Notes under the pieces: generated by a model
The model's input: only the letters and a program-made list of their open reading frames with translations
Database searches by the model: none
Told to the model about the DNA's origin: nothing
Part shown: piece after piece, positions 1 through 9,404 of the stretch
Position numbering within the stretch: position 1 is the stretch's first letter
Layout of the letters: each line of letters begins with the position of its first letter
Position numbers and translations under genes: made by a program
NCBI GenBank assembly: GCA_016191105.1
Contig: JACPPH010000008.1
Span: forward strand, 66,667-130,666
DNA: 64,000 nucleotides
Source of the DNA: Candidatus Saccharimonadota bacterium
GTDB lineage: Bacteria > Patescibacteriota > Saccharimonadia > CAILAD01 > BJGX01
Reading direction: 5' to 3'

Positions 1-2
1 TT

Positions 3-536
3 TACCCGAGAGTATTAGGCAGTTCGATAAATACATCTTTTGGTTCCAGAACACAGGAATTAATTACCAGACTATTCTCTGACACTTTTGGCTCAACTAC
101 ACCAGGCATTGATATTGAGTTTATAGATAAAATTGATAAAAGAAAGAAATACTGTCAGGTTAAAGCCGGCCCAAATGTTATAAATCACGATGATGTAACT
201 ACAATTAAAGAACACTTTCAGGCACTTACTAATCTAGCCCGGACAAATCATTTATCAATACAGCATAACGACCTTTATGTATGTTTATTATATGGCGAAG
301 AAGCAGAAAAAAGCCAGTTCTTTAGGAAGCTAGAAAAAGACTATACGGTAGTTATGGGGAAAGATTTTTGGCATCGATTTACTGGAGATGAAGACTTTTA
401 CGCAGACTTGATAAAAGCATTTGGTGAAGTGGCAAACGAAATTGATATGAAAGAACTAGTTGATAATGTTGTTAATGATTTAGCAAAAGACATTCAATCA
501 AAATATTCAGATATGTTCGGAAGAAGTTCGCAGTAA
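3..536 (+). CDS. 5'-truncated CDS, candidate type II restriction endonuclease cognate to the adjacent C5 methyltransferase
   Basis: The frame is open from the window edge to TAA at 534-536. It ends 3 nt before an in-strand C5 methyltransferase. It has a PD-(D/E)xK-like pattern (GIDIEF ... CQVKAG). Specificity is unknown. Confidence 0.4.
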   Translation, partial: YPRVLGSSINTSFGSRTQELITRLFSDTFGSTTPGIDIEFIDKIDKRKKYCQVKAGPNVINHDDVTTIKEHFQALTNLARTNHLSIQHNDLYVCLLYGEEAEKSQFFRKLEKDYTVVMGKDFWHRFTGDEDFYADLIKAFGEVANEIDMKELVDNVVNDLAKDIQSKYSDMFGRSSQ

Positions 537-566
537 CCCTTGCATAATGTTTGTACTCTCAGTAAT

Positions 567-1775
567 ATGGAGAGTATGAGTGCCTTGCTTACAATTTCAG
601 ACGCAGCAATTAAAGTTGGGGTTTCAACTGATACTATCCGACGCTGGGAAAAGAAGGGTTTAATCAAGTCACAACGCTCTGAAAGCAACTATCGTCTTTT
701 TGAACTACCAGAGATACAAAATCTGTACAAGAAAATATCTGGTGACCATTCTATTAATCTATATAAGATACTACGCTCTAGTAAGAGAACGAATTACACA
801 GTTATAGACTTATTTTCTGGTGCTGGCGGCACTGCACTGGGCTTAGATAACGCCGGCTTAAATCATATTCTACTAAATGAGTTTGATAAAAGCGCAGCCG
901 AAACTCTAACTACCAATCGTAAGGATTGGGATATTATCTGTGATGATATAAAGAACATAAACTTTCATAAATACAAGGGAAGCGCAGATATTGTAGAGGG
1001 CGGGTTTCCTTGCCAAGCCTTCAGCTATGCTGGTAGAAAGATGGGCTTTGAAGATGCTCGAGGTACCCTGTTCTACGAATTTGCTAGAGTTGTAAAGGAA
1101 GTTCAGCCTAAGATCGCTATCGGTGAGAATGTTAAGGGCTTACTACGTCATAACAACGGAGAAACGCTTAAGGCAATGCTAGAAGTTTTATCAGAGATAG
1201 GTTATAGAGCTGAGTACAAAGTATTACGCTCCCAGTACCTGGATGTGCCACAAAAGCGAGAAAGACTAGTGATAATAGCTGTACGGGATGATTTAGACCT
1301 ACCTATTATTTACCCAGAAGAGAAAAACTATACAATTTCTATTCATGAAGCAATTGGTGATAAGCCTGAAGCACCAGGACAAAGCTATGCTCAAAGAAAG
1401 AAAGAAATAATGAAACTAGTTCCTGAAGGTGGTTATTGGCGTGATTTACCGGATGATGTTCAGATTGAATATATGAAGGCAAGCTATGGGCAAACGGGCG
1501 GGAAGACAGGAATGGCACGACGACTTTCTTGGCACGAACCCAGCTTAACCTTAACCTGTACTCCTGCTCAAAAGCAAACGGAAAGATGCCATCCGGAGGA
1601 AACAAGACCTTTAAATGTAAGAGAATATGCCAGAATACAGACCTTCCCAGATAGCTGGAAGTTTTCGGGTTCAGTTTCTGCTCAATACAAGCAAATTGGA
1701 AATGCGGTGCCAGTAAACCTTGGTTATCATATTGGTACATCTGTTATTAATATTCTAAATGGCAATGCTAATTAG
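567..1775 (+). CDS. DNA (cytosine-5)-methyltransferase with N-terminal MerR-type HTH
   Basis: C5-methyltransferase motifs are present: FSGAGG (I), GFPCQAFS (IV), ENVKGL (VI), QKRERL (VIII) and QIGNAVPV (X). The N-terminus LLTISDAAIKVGVSTDTIRRWEKKGLI...YRLF is a MerR-like HTH fused in frame. ATG 567 was preferred to the TTG at 540. Confidence 0.8.
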   Translation: MESMSALLTISDAAIKVGVSTDTIRRWEKKGLIKSQRSESNYRLFELPEIQNLYKKISGDHSINLYKILRSSKRTNYTVIDLFSGAGGTALGLDNAGLNHILLNEFDKSAAETLTTNRKDWDIICDDIKNINFHKYKGSADIVEGGFPCQAFSYAGRKMGFEDARGTLFYEFARVVKEVQPKIAIGENVKGLLRHNNGETLKAMLEVLSEIGYRAEYKVLRSQYLDVPQKRERLVIIAVRDDLDLPIIYPEEKNYTISIHEAIGDKPEAPGQSYAQRKKEIMKLVPEGGYWRDLPDDVQIEYMKASYGQTGGKTGMARRLSWHEPSLTLTCTPAQKQTERCHPEETRPLNVREYARIQTFPDSWKFSGSVSAQYKQIGNAVPVNLGYHIGTSVINILNGNAN

Positions 1776-1807
1776 GGTGATTAGAATATGGAAGACTTTG
1801 GCAAACA

Positions 1808-2218
1808 ATGGAAATGTTGCGTAGTTGGAACGGAGAATCAAATGATTTAATTCTTGGAATACTTACTCAGTTTGGACTTAGAGTTAAAAACATTAATCTT
1901 ACAAAGTATGAATCACTAAGCCCAGATTGTTTTATTTGGTATTTTACAGTCGGAGATGGTAGACTGGCCTATTGCCTATATGTAGAGGATTTTATTGATT
2001 CTCTTGATCATGTAAAAAAGCAAATAAATCGCTACCGTCCTGAGTGGGAAGGAGATAGCACTTATTTACTGCAAAAAGTACTCAAGCCTCAGGAATGGAA
2101 TAAGGCTAGCCCAGTCGTCGCGGCCACTTGCTATCAGAAACCAAAGAATAGCCATGAAATGATGAAATATGCAGCTACATCGGCATTTGATTTTGTTTTT
2201 TTAGCAAAAAGCCAATAA
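1808..2218 (+). CDS. hypothetical protein downstream of methyltransferase (not Vsr-like)
   Basis: It is a 136-aa ORF on the same strand directly after the methyltransferase. No recognisable motifs; it lacks the Vsr CFWH motif. Confidence 0.35.
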   Translation: MEMLRSWNGESNDLILGILTQFGLRVKNINLTKYESLSPDCFIWYFTVGDGRLAYCLYVEDFIDSLDHVKKQINRYRPEWEGDSTYLLQKVLKPQEWNKASPVVAATCYQKPKNSHEMMKYAATSAFDFVFLAKSQ

Positions 2219-2279
2219 AGTTTTAACTTTCGATTACATATGAATTATCCAAGGGTCTTTTTTGATATAATCTGATGAC

Positions 2280-3047
2280 ATGAAAAAGTTTACAAAAATG
2301 CAAGGTCTTGGAAATGACTTTATTGTCTTCAAGGGCCCTATAAAACTTAATGGCCAAGTGATTAAGAAGCTTTGTGATAGAAAGGATGGTATTGGGGCAG
2401 ACGGCGTGATAGAGGTGCTTCCTATAAAAGATAATCAGGTCGGCATGAATTACTGGAATGCGGATGGTTCTCTTGCCGAAAGATGTGGTAACGGTTTAAG
2501 GTGTACGGCTAGATTTGCTGTTGATAATAAGTTAGTAAACTCTGGCACATTTACTATTCAGTCGGGCAAAGAAAGTCTAAAAGTAAACTGGGATGGCACT
2601 AACCCAAACCGGGTTGAGGTACAAGTGGGTATCGCAGAGCTAGCCGACAAGCCATTAGAGCTTTTTGGTACTAAGTTCTACATTGCAAATATTGGCAACC
2701 CACATGCTATTACATTTGTTGAAAATATAGAAACTGCTCCAGTAAAGAGTTTGGGGTCAAAAGTTGAAACAGACAATCATTTCTCAAGTAGGACAAATGT
2801 CGATTTTGTACAGGTAATAACACCAAGCAAACTTCGTGTGCGTGTTTGGGAACGAGGTGATGGCGAAACATTAGCTTGCGGTACAGGGATGGCAGTATGC
2901 TCTATTGCAGCAGTAAGGTTAAAGGGTGCTAAATTCCCTATCAACGTTGAAGTAAAGGGCGGAACAGCAAAAGTGTGGCAGGACGACGAGGGTTATCTTC
3001 GAATGACAGGACCAGCACAAATAGTATCTACAGATGAAACTGAATAA
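2280..3047 (+). CDS. dapF: diaminopimelate epimerase
   Basis: The N-terminal FTKMQGLGNDFIVF signature and a length of about 255 aa match DapF. Confidence 0.85.
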   Translation: MKKFTKMQGLGNDFIVFKGPIKLNGQVIKKLCDRKDGIGADGVIEVLPIKDNQVGMNYWNADGSLAERCGNGLRCTARFAVDNKLVNSGTFTIQSGKESLKVNWDGTNPNRVEVQVGIAELADKPLELFGTKFYIANIGNPHAITFVENIETAPVKSLGSKVETDNHFSSRTNVDFVQVITPSKLRVRVWERGDGETLACGTGMAVCSIAAVRLKGAKFPINVEVKGGTAKVWQDDEGYLRMTGPAQIVSTDETE

Positions 3048-3086
3048 ACTAAACTAGTTCTAACTTCCTCCACCATCCGGAGCCAT

Positions 3087-3118
3087 GAAAAGCCCCGAGC
3101 ATGTCTTGGGCTTTTTTC
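3087..3118. terminator. putative bidirectional rho-independent terminator between convergent dapF and the YdeI-like gene
   Basis: aaaagccccgag...cttgggcttttttc forms an imperfect stem flanked by an A-run and a T-run. Confidence 0.4.
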
Positions 3119-3147
3119 ATGATGTAGCGAAGTTTGGTGTGCAAGGA

Positions 3148-3471
3148 TTATCCTTGTAGATAGTTAGTTTTAGATCGTTTATTGAGTATACCCTGCACCG
3201 ATTTGCTTACTGGCTTATCGGAGCGGTGAATACAGCCAATCCAGCAGCACGGCCGGCGCTTGCCTTGCAAAAGCTCCTCAACCACACGCCTCACGTGTTC
3301 ATCTCTAGTTTTTTGTTGCTTAACACTAATTGCCCAACAAATCCACTCATTGCGTGCCAGCGGGGTAAGGCCTTGCCACTTTGCAAGTGCGCTTGGGTTA
3401 GCAGTAAGAGCCTTTTTTAGGTCGGGCACCATTTTATGCACGGTGCCGCCAGATATCTCTTGTTTTGTCAT
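3148..3471 (-). CDS. YdeI/OmpD-associated (OmdA-like) family protein
   Basis: WQGLTPLARNEWICWAISVKQQKTRDEHVRRVVEEL is typical of the YdeI/OmdA family. Confidence 0.5.
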   Translation of the reverse strand: MTKQEISGGTVHKMVPDLKKALTANPSALAKWQGLTPLARNEWICWAISVKQQKTRDEHVRRVVEELLQGKRRPCCWIGCIHRSDKPVSKSVQGILNKRSKTNYLQG

Positions 3472-3538
3472 AGGCTTATCTTACCCCAGCCAATACATTT
3501 CTATCAAGAAATCTTGCCATAAGGTGTATAATAAGCCC

Positions 3539-3745
3539 ATGCAAAAAATAGCTACACGAGTATTTGTAGGTGCCTCAATATTGTTTGGTGTTTTTGGAGT
3601 TCTGTTTGTTATTACTGCGCCAGGTCGCGGGGGAGACAACTCAAGCCTAAACACAACCCTAATGAAACTCCTGTTTGCGACAGGCTTTGTGGTTCTGTCA
3701 TCATTTGCGTTGAGCGTGGCCGGCAAATACCTAAACAGCAAGTAA
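3539..3745 (+). CDS. small hydrophobic membrane protein (hypothetical)
   Basis: It is the 3' portion of the 3260..3745 ORF starting at an internal ATG with a tataat-like box just upstream. Two predicted TM helices. Confidence 0.3.
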   Translation: MQKIATRVFVGASILFGVFGVLFVITAPGRGGDNSSLNTTLMKLLFATGFVVLSSFALSVAGKYLNSK

Positions 3746-3924
3746 CATTAAGCTTTTTGCTGTAAGGCCTGTTAAGCAAATCGACGGCTACTGGGTCGAA
3801 TTAGCAGCCGACAAAAAGTTGTCCTAAAGCGTGTTGTAGAACTTAGAAAAGTGGCTACCAGTAAATAATAACTACTTTTTTTGCAAATCACAGATTTATA
3901 AAAAGCCCTTAGCAACTTCGTAAG

Positions 3925-4080
3925 CTAGTACTTATAACCGTTTGCAAAGAACAGAAAGTAGACAACGGCATATACAACTCCACCAATAATTAAATACAGT
4001 AGAATCCACTGCCAGAGCGGCCGCTTTCCATAATAACTTTTGCTGGGTTTTTTGTTTGGTTGTTTTGCGGGGGTCGCCAT
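3925..4080 (-). CDS. small membrane protein (hypothetical)
   Basis: Internal start MATPAKQPNKK... is preceded by AAGGAG. It has a basic N-terminus followed by one TM helix. Confidence 0.4.
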   Translation of the reverse strand: MATPAKQPNKKPSKSYYGKRPLWQWILLYLIIGGVVYAVVYFLFFANGYKY

Positions 4081-4195
4081 AGAAGTTCTCCTTATGTTAT
4101 CACTATAGCACCAAAAGTATTTTATGTGACTATGTTCACGAGCCATGGGTATGTTTGTTTTGTTATACTAAGCTTAATAAACAAGGATGTTGTCC

Positions 4196-4687
4196 ATGAC
4201 AAAAATTACTCCGTTTTTATGGTTTAACAATAATGCCGAAGAGGCAATAAAGTTTTACGCTTCTGTATTTAAGAATTCAAAAATTGTTAGTATTGATCGC
4301 TATCCAAATGAAGAGGACCTAGAAGGACCCATGAAAGGCTTTGGCGGCAAAGTACTCAATGGCGAGTTCGAGCTGGACGGCCAAAAGTTTATGGCTATAG
4401 ATGGTGGTCCGGTTTGGGAATTTTCGGGTGCTACATCGTTTGTTGTAAACTGCAAGGATCAACAGGAGGTTGATTATTATTGGGGCAAACTCTCGGCAGT
4501 ACCAGAGGCCGAGCGGTGCGGTTGGTGCAAAGACAAGTTTGGTGTAACCTGGCAAATAATACCTAAGCAACTCGGCGAGCTTATGAGTGACTCAGATTCC
4601 GAAAAAGTTAAACGTGTAACCCGTGCCATGCTGCAAATGAAAAAGATTGTCGTGGCCGATCTAGAAAGCGCCTACAAGGAAAAGTAG
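4196..4687 (+). CDS. VOC/PhnB-like (3-demethylubiquinone-9 3-methyltransferase fold) family protein
   Basis: MTKITPFLWFNNNAEEAIKFY is the classic PhnB-like N-terminus. An AAGGA RBS sits 8 nt upstream. Confidence 0.65.
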   Translation: MTKITPFLWFNNNAEEAIKFYASVFKNSKIVSIDRYPNEEDLEGPMKGFGGKVLNGEFELDGQKFMAIDGGPVWEFSGATSFVVNCKDQQEVDYYWGKLSAVPEAERCGWCKDKFGVTWQIIPKQLGELMSDSDSEKVKRVTRAMLQMKKIVVADLESAYKEK

Positions 4688-6325
4688 TTACTTCTTGGGG
4701 GTAGGGCCAAAAAACTCCATGCCCTTGCTCTTAGCTAAGGTTGCTTTGAGCTGTTTTTGATGTGTAAGCATGTAAGCTAAGCTAACTAGGCGTCGACTCA
4801 GTGACGCACCGTTATTTTTGATAGCGGCCATTAGTTTGGCATCATTTCCGAAACCCATAATATGAAAAACAGTCGGCCAAGGGTCGGCGTATTGAACCGA
4901 TTCGGCAAAGCCACGACCAATATCTTTGCCTTCGGGGCTTTTTACATAGACGGCCCCTTCGTTGTATTGGGAGCCGTTGGCAAAAAAGTTAGTTTGGCTA
5001 GACGGCACGATTTGCTCCAAGTGGAACTCGCGAATATCCTTGGGCATGGTTTCGTTAAAAGAAAAGTGCCAACTATTGGGGTGCCAGGTGTGGGTAACTG
5101 GGTAAATTTGAGGGTTAGGTGATCCCTCGCTCCTTATCCACCTATCTACTACCAGCGTTCCCCAGGTATTGTAGAGCTTTTTGTGTTCGTCCATGTATTT
5201 GCCGCCAACCTCGACGGTCATTTTGCCCGGTGGCACAGCGCCGGTTTGAAAATAAAAAGGCATGTATTTTTTGCCGTGCGAGGCAAACATAGTGATTTGA
5301 CGATTGCCCTCGAATTGAGCCATAAACCAATCCCAGCCAGCTGGTGCTGGTTTGTTAATATTGCTAGCTGCTCGCAATACGGGCGAGGTTGAGTTGCCGC
5401 CCAAGAAACCCCACTGATGATCGAACCAAAAGCTGCCATTTTTGAGCTTTATAGTTTTACCACCGTAATTTATGGTGCTGCCAGATTTGAGAACGATATT
5501 AGGGATAGAGTAATACAGCGTTCCCATGCCAGCTATACTGGGCATTGCACCATTATCACCTTGCAGTAGATACTCTTTACCGCTCGTAAAAGTTAGATCG
5601 GCCGCAAGTGGGAAAGGTTCGCTTTTACCACGGTCGATGCCGCGAGCTGTAACATTAAGCGGCCAAAAACTGCTCTTATGCTCGGCTGAAATTTTATTCT
5701 TGCCGAAAGTATAGGTGAATGGCTCTGGCTTAAAGCTAATTAATCCAGTAGTGCCAGCCACCACTACTGGATCGGCCTGATGATGTCTCTCGCCAGCTCT
5801 GCTTATGCCAAGTTGGAGTTCAACTATTTGGTTTTCAATATCGGTCAAGCCATGTTTTTTAGCTAGCTCTGGTGGCAGCATGGCAACCCTAAAGAACATA
5901 ATTTCTATACCATATTCTTGGCCGTCTTCATCCCAGGCGCTACCAACAAAGAAGTGCCAACCAACTTGGCTGCGTAGTTTGGGCTCGTGGTCGCGCGGAA
6001 ACTTTAAGTCGGCAGTCTCTGGAATTTGGTCGTAGCCCTGAACGGCATTATTGCCCAAAAGTTTTTGGCAGGCCGCGTAGGCCTGTTGAGTATTTAAGTC
6101 TTTAATAGTTTCTTTTAGTAATGAATATCTTTTGTGGTAGCTGGGGTTAAAGCTTTGTGGGTGACGGTCGAGCCAGTCTAAGTAATCACGAACCCGCTCG
6201 CCGATCGCATGGTTTGAATTCTTATTACTGTTGCAAGCTTCTGCAGTATCGTCTGACAGTTTACTTTCATCATAGCTTTCTAGCCACAAGGCATCGGCAA
6301 TATTCTTCTGAGTGTTATTATCCAT
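4688..6325 (-). CDS. AttH/CrtC-like lipocalin-fold protein (hydroxyneurosporene synthase family)
   Basis: FPRDHEPKLRSQVGWHFFVGS...GIEIMFFR and WFDHQWG resemble the AttH/CrtC motifs (fP.DH..H...EWWYftG...FR, WlDhEW). Start was moved to the internal MDNNTQ to avoid overlap with the ClC gene. Confidence 0.45.
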   Translation of the reverse strand: MDNNTQKNIADALWLESYDESKLSDDTAEACNSNKNSNHAIGERVRDYLDWLDRHPQSFNPSYHKRYSLLKETIKDLNTQQAYAACQKLLGNNAVQGYDQIPETADLKFPRDHEPKLRSQVGWHFFVGSAWDEDGQEYGIEIMFFRVAMLPPELAKKHGLTDIENQIVELQLGISRAGERHHQADPVVVAGTTGLISFKPEPFTYTFGKNKISAEHKSSFWPLNVTARGIDRGKSEPFPLAADLTFTSGKEYLLQGDNGAMPSIAGMGTLYYSIPNIVLKSGSTINYGGKTIKLKNGSFWFDHQWGFLGGNSTSPVLRAASNINKPAPAGWDWFMAQFEGNRQITMFASHGKKYMPFYFQTGAVPPGKMTVEVGGKYMDEHKKLYNTWGTLVVDRWIRSEGSPNPQIYPVTHTWHPNSWHFSFNETMPKDIREFHLEQIVPSSQTNFFANGSQYNEGAVYVKSPEGKDIGRGFAESVQYADPWPTVFHIMGFGNDAKLMAAIKNNGASLSRRLVSLAYMLTHQKQLKATLAKSKGMEFFGPTPKK

Positions 6326-6362
6326 AACCAGTATTGTAGCTTGTAAATCTTTACCTTGTCTA

Positions 6363-7649
6363 TTAAATCGGACTTGTGGTAAATAATTTCCACCTTGTAG
6401 ACACAGCCTTACAAATTCCAAATCCCACCAAAGAGCTTAAGGCTGCAAATAAATATAGATTGGGTGGGAACAAGAATATCATTATTAGGATTGTCACAAA
6501 AGGCCGACGTAGGAGTACCGCCAAGGCTGCACTCATGCCGGAGCTAACACCAACCATAGGGGTAACCGATCTAAAGACATGGCTGGTGGCCAGCCCGATA
6601 GCGGCACCAATAAACATAACCGGGAAAAACTTACCACCCTTCCAGCCCGCAGCCAACAAAAGTGTAGCCGCCAAGATCTTGCCAAACGAAAGTAGTGCCA
6701 GGCTAACGCCGGTGTAGCTTGAGTTGTTGCTCAATATATCTTGAATTCCTTCGTGACCAGAGAATAGAATTAATGAAGACCCAAGGGCCAGTATGCCCAA
6801 ACCTAAGCCACCAGCCATAGCCAGCACAATCTGGTGTTTCTCAAAAGGCCTTAGGATTTTACCAAGGGCTTTCTCAAGACCAATAAAAGCCAGCCCAAAT
6901 ATAGCTGCAGCGATGGCTGGCAAAGCAAAATACACTAGATCGTACATCTGAAATTTATAGGCCAAAAAGTTGTAGCTAAAGTAGCCGCCACTGCTGAAAT
7001 TACGATATAACCACCAACCGGCCAGGCCGGCCAATATACCCGGCAAGGTGATCCAAATAAAGTGTCGCTTGCGATCACTAAACTCCTCGCTATACGACAG
7101 TGCAGCCACGCCGGGCGGCGAACCAAACAGTGCACCGAGCGCGCTTGTTGATCCCATGTAGGCTAGAGCTCTCGCATTTAAAGCGGTGAGTTTTATTTTT
7201 TGGCTAATCCAGCTACTAATGCCACCCACAACCGTAACCAATGCCGCCTCTGGCCCCAAACTAGCACCAAAACCCAATGAGGCAAAACTGGCTAACACAG
7301 ATTGTGGCAGGTGCTTGTAGTCGAACTTGCCATCGGTCTTGAAAGCCGTGAAAGATTCTTCCATCGACCTAGGCCAATTGCCAAAGTACTTATCACAAAG
7401 GCCAACAAATACTCCACCGGTAACGCAAACAACAATCGTGTATAGGCCAATGTTTGATACACGTAGCTGTGCTGGCAGTGTTTGCCACAGTAGCTGTTCA
7501 AAGCTTCTGAGTAAGAATATAAATACAAGCGTAACAAGTCCGCCACCCAAACCCAGGAGTATTGCCAAGCACAGTACTAGAAAAAATCGCCGTCCAGCAA
7601 TAAACCGCTTTAAATTTTCAAGATTGGCTTGTCCTGCGCTACCGTTCAT
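6363..7649 (-). CDS. ClC-family voltage-gated chloride channel
   Basis: Multi-TM protein with GASLGPEAAL (GREGP-like) and GKFFPVMFIGAAIGL (GxFxP) ClC signature segments. Confidence 0.65.
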   Translation of the reverse strand: MNGSAGQANLENLKRFIAGRRFFLVLCLAILLGLGGGLVTLVFIFLLRSFEQLLWQTLPAQLRVSNIGLYTIVVCVTGGVFVGLCDKYFGNWPRSMEESFTAFKTDGKFDYKHLPQSVLASFASLGFGASLGPEAALVTVVGGISSWISQKIKLTALNARALAYMGSTSALGALFGSPPGVAALSYSEEFSDRKRHFIWITLPGILAGLAGWWLYRNFSSGGYFSYNFLAYKFQMYDLVYFALPAIAAAIFGLAFIGLEKALGKILRPFEKHQIVLAMAGGLGLGILALGSSLILFSGHEGIQDILSNNSSYTGVSLALLSFGKILAATLLLAAGWKGGKFFPVMFIGAAIGLATSHVFRSVTPMVGVSSGMSAALAVLLRRPFVTILIMIFLFPPNLYLFAALSSLVGFGICKAVSTRWKLFTTSPI

Positions 7650-7710
7650 ATATACATAATACTTCCATGATAGAATATAAACAAAGCAATTATTTTAATC
7701 TACAAAAATC

Positions 7711-8598
7711 ATGAATGTAATCGAGACTAGTAAGCTTACTAAATATTACGGCAAGGATAGGGGTATTATTGATTTGGATTTGCAGGTTCAAGAGGGCGAG
7801 ATCTTTGGCTTTATTGGCCCCAACGGTGCTGGCAAGTCCACTACCATTCGCACACTACTTTCGATAATTCATCCGACATCTGGGTCAGCTACTATTTTTG
7901 GTGAAGATGTTACCAAGTATGGCCCAGACATACGGCAGGAGGTGGGCTATCTGCCATCGGAAGTCTTTTACTACGATAGTATGAAGGCCATAGACCTATT
8001 GCGCTATTCAGCTAGCTTTTATGATCGACCCAAAGCCCAAACCGATGCCCGGATCAAAAAACTAGCCGAGATTTTAAATCTTGATCTCAATAAAAAGATC
8101 GAGGACCTATCGTTTGGTAACAAAAAGAAGGTTGGAATTATCCAAGGGCTTTTACATGAACCAAGATTGATAATTCTAGACGAGCCTACCAGCGGCCTAG
8201 ATCCACTGATTCAGCAGAAGTTTTTTAATCTTGTAAAAGAAGAGAACCAAAGAGGTGCGAGCGTTTTATTCTCCTCTCATATATTGGGCGAAGTCCAAAG
8301 ACTCTGTAGCCGGGTTGGCATTATTAAGGAAGGCAAACTTATAAAAGTCGAAAAGTTATCGGATCTTCAAAAGAACAGTACCAAACGCTTCAGACTGTCA
8401 GCACGCGATCAGTTAGACAAACAGCTGTTTTCTGCTATTAAGGGGGTGAGCGAGGTAACCCAAGCCGACAAGGAACTCAACTTTTTATATCGCGGTAATC
8501 TTCAAGATGTTACCAAGGTAATTGCAAAACTCGACCTAACCAATCTCGAAGTAAGCGAGCCCGATCTAGAAGAAATATTTTTACATTACTATAAGTAA
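7711..8598 (+). CDS. ABC transporter ATP-binding protein
   Basis: Walker A GPNGAGKST, signature LSFGNKKKV and Walker B IILDEPTSGLD. Confidence 0.85.
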   Translation: MNVIETSKLTKYYGKDRGIIDLDLQVQEGEIFGFIGPNGAGKSTTIRTLLSIIHPTSGSATIFGEDVTKYGPDIRQEVGYLPSEVFYYDSMKAIDLLRYSASFYDRPKAQTDARIKKLAEILNLDLNKKIEDLSFGNKKKVGIIQGLLHEPRLIILDEPTSGLDPLIQQKFFNLVKEENQRGASVLFSSHILGEVQRLCSRVGIIKEGKLIKVEKLSDLQKNSTKRFRLSARDQLDKQLFSAIKGVSEVTQADKELNFLYRGNLQDVTKVIAKLDLTNLEVSEPDLEEIFLHYYK

Positions 8599-8609
8599 GT
8601 GAATGAGCT

Positions 8610-9404
8610 GTGAATGTATTTTGGCAAGAGCTAAAGTTTTACCGCCGATCGGTTGCAATTTGGATTGTAGCGTTGGGTTCAGTGGCGACGCTTTTTATGT
8701 CCGAGTATGGGCCGGTCTCTGCGCAGGTAGATAGTTTTAGGCAGATTGTGTCGCATTATCCAAAAGCTTTATTGGCCGCTATTAACTTCCGGTTTGAGAT
8801 TTTTTACTCAATTTACGGTTTTTTTGGCTACATATTAACTTTTATTTGGCTAGCGGGCTCTATTCAGGCCATGAACCTAGGCGTTTCAATCGTGTCAAAA
8901 GAGGTCACCGCAAAGACTGCCGACTTCTTGCTTTCCAAGCCAACAAGTCGGGCTCATTTGCTAAGCGAAAAGTTTGCAGCCGCCTTTTGTCTTATAGTTA
9001 TTACAAATGTCTTTTTTACGGCAACTAGCTTGATTGCCGCAAAGCTTTTATCGTCAACCGGGTTTAGTATTAAGCTTTTTATTCTGCTAGCAATGAGTTT
9101 GTTTTTTATTCAGCTGTTTTTTCTGGTTCTAGGGTTCTTGTTTGGAGCTGTTTTGCCAAAAGTTAAGAGCGTGATAGCGGTGAGCTTACCAACCGTATTT
9201 GTATTCTTTGTGATTTCGTCGTTTGGTGGCTTTTTGGACAAACCCCAGTTGTATTACCTAACCCCATTTAAGTATTTTGACCCAGTGTATATATTTCAGC
9301 ATGGCAACTATGAATACAAATATCTATTGTGGCTAGCGGTTTTTGTGGCTGTATGGTTAATTATTAGCTACACTATTTTTACCAAAAAGGATATAAAACA
9401 GTGA
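8610..9404 (+). CDS. ABC-2 family transporter permease
   Basis: Six-TM permease with a GTG start; the N-terminus is paralogous to the next gene (MNVFWQELK / MNIFWREMK). Confidence 0.6.
   Translation: MNVFWQELKFYRRSVAIWIVALGSVATLFMSEYGPVSAQVDSFRQIVSHYPKALLAAINFRFEIFYSIYGFFGYILTFIWLAGSIQAMNLGVSIVSKEVTAKTADFLLSKPTSRAHLLSEKFAAAFCLIVITNVFFTATSLIAAKLLSSTGFSIKLFILLAMSLFFIQLFFLVLGFLFGAVLPKVKSVIAVSLPTVFVFFVISSFGGFLDKPQLYYLTPFKYFDPVYIFQHGNYEYKYLLWLAVFVAVWLIISYTIFTKKDIKQ

Noticed and set aside
540-566. A separate MerR regulator gene upstream of the methyltransferase
   Set aside because: The HTH is in frame and continuous with the methyltransferase catalytic domain (a single ORF), so it is a fusion and not a separate C-protein-like gene.
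1808-2218. The ORF downstream of the C5 methyltransferase as a Vsr very-short-patch-repair endonuclease
   Set aside because: The genomic position fits but the protein lacks the Vsr FVDGCFWH...H and TxxSRxMS motifs.
3226-3745. Long + strand ORFs (3226..3420, 3260..3745) antisense to the YdeI-like gene
   Set aside because: They overlap a gene with a recognisable family signature on the other strand and lack RBS context. Only the 3' segment from ATG 3539 (a hydrophobic 68-aa product) was kept, at low confidence.
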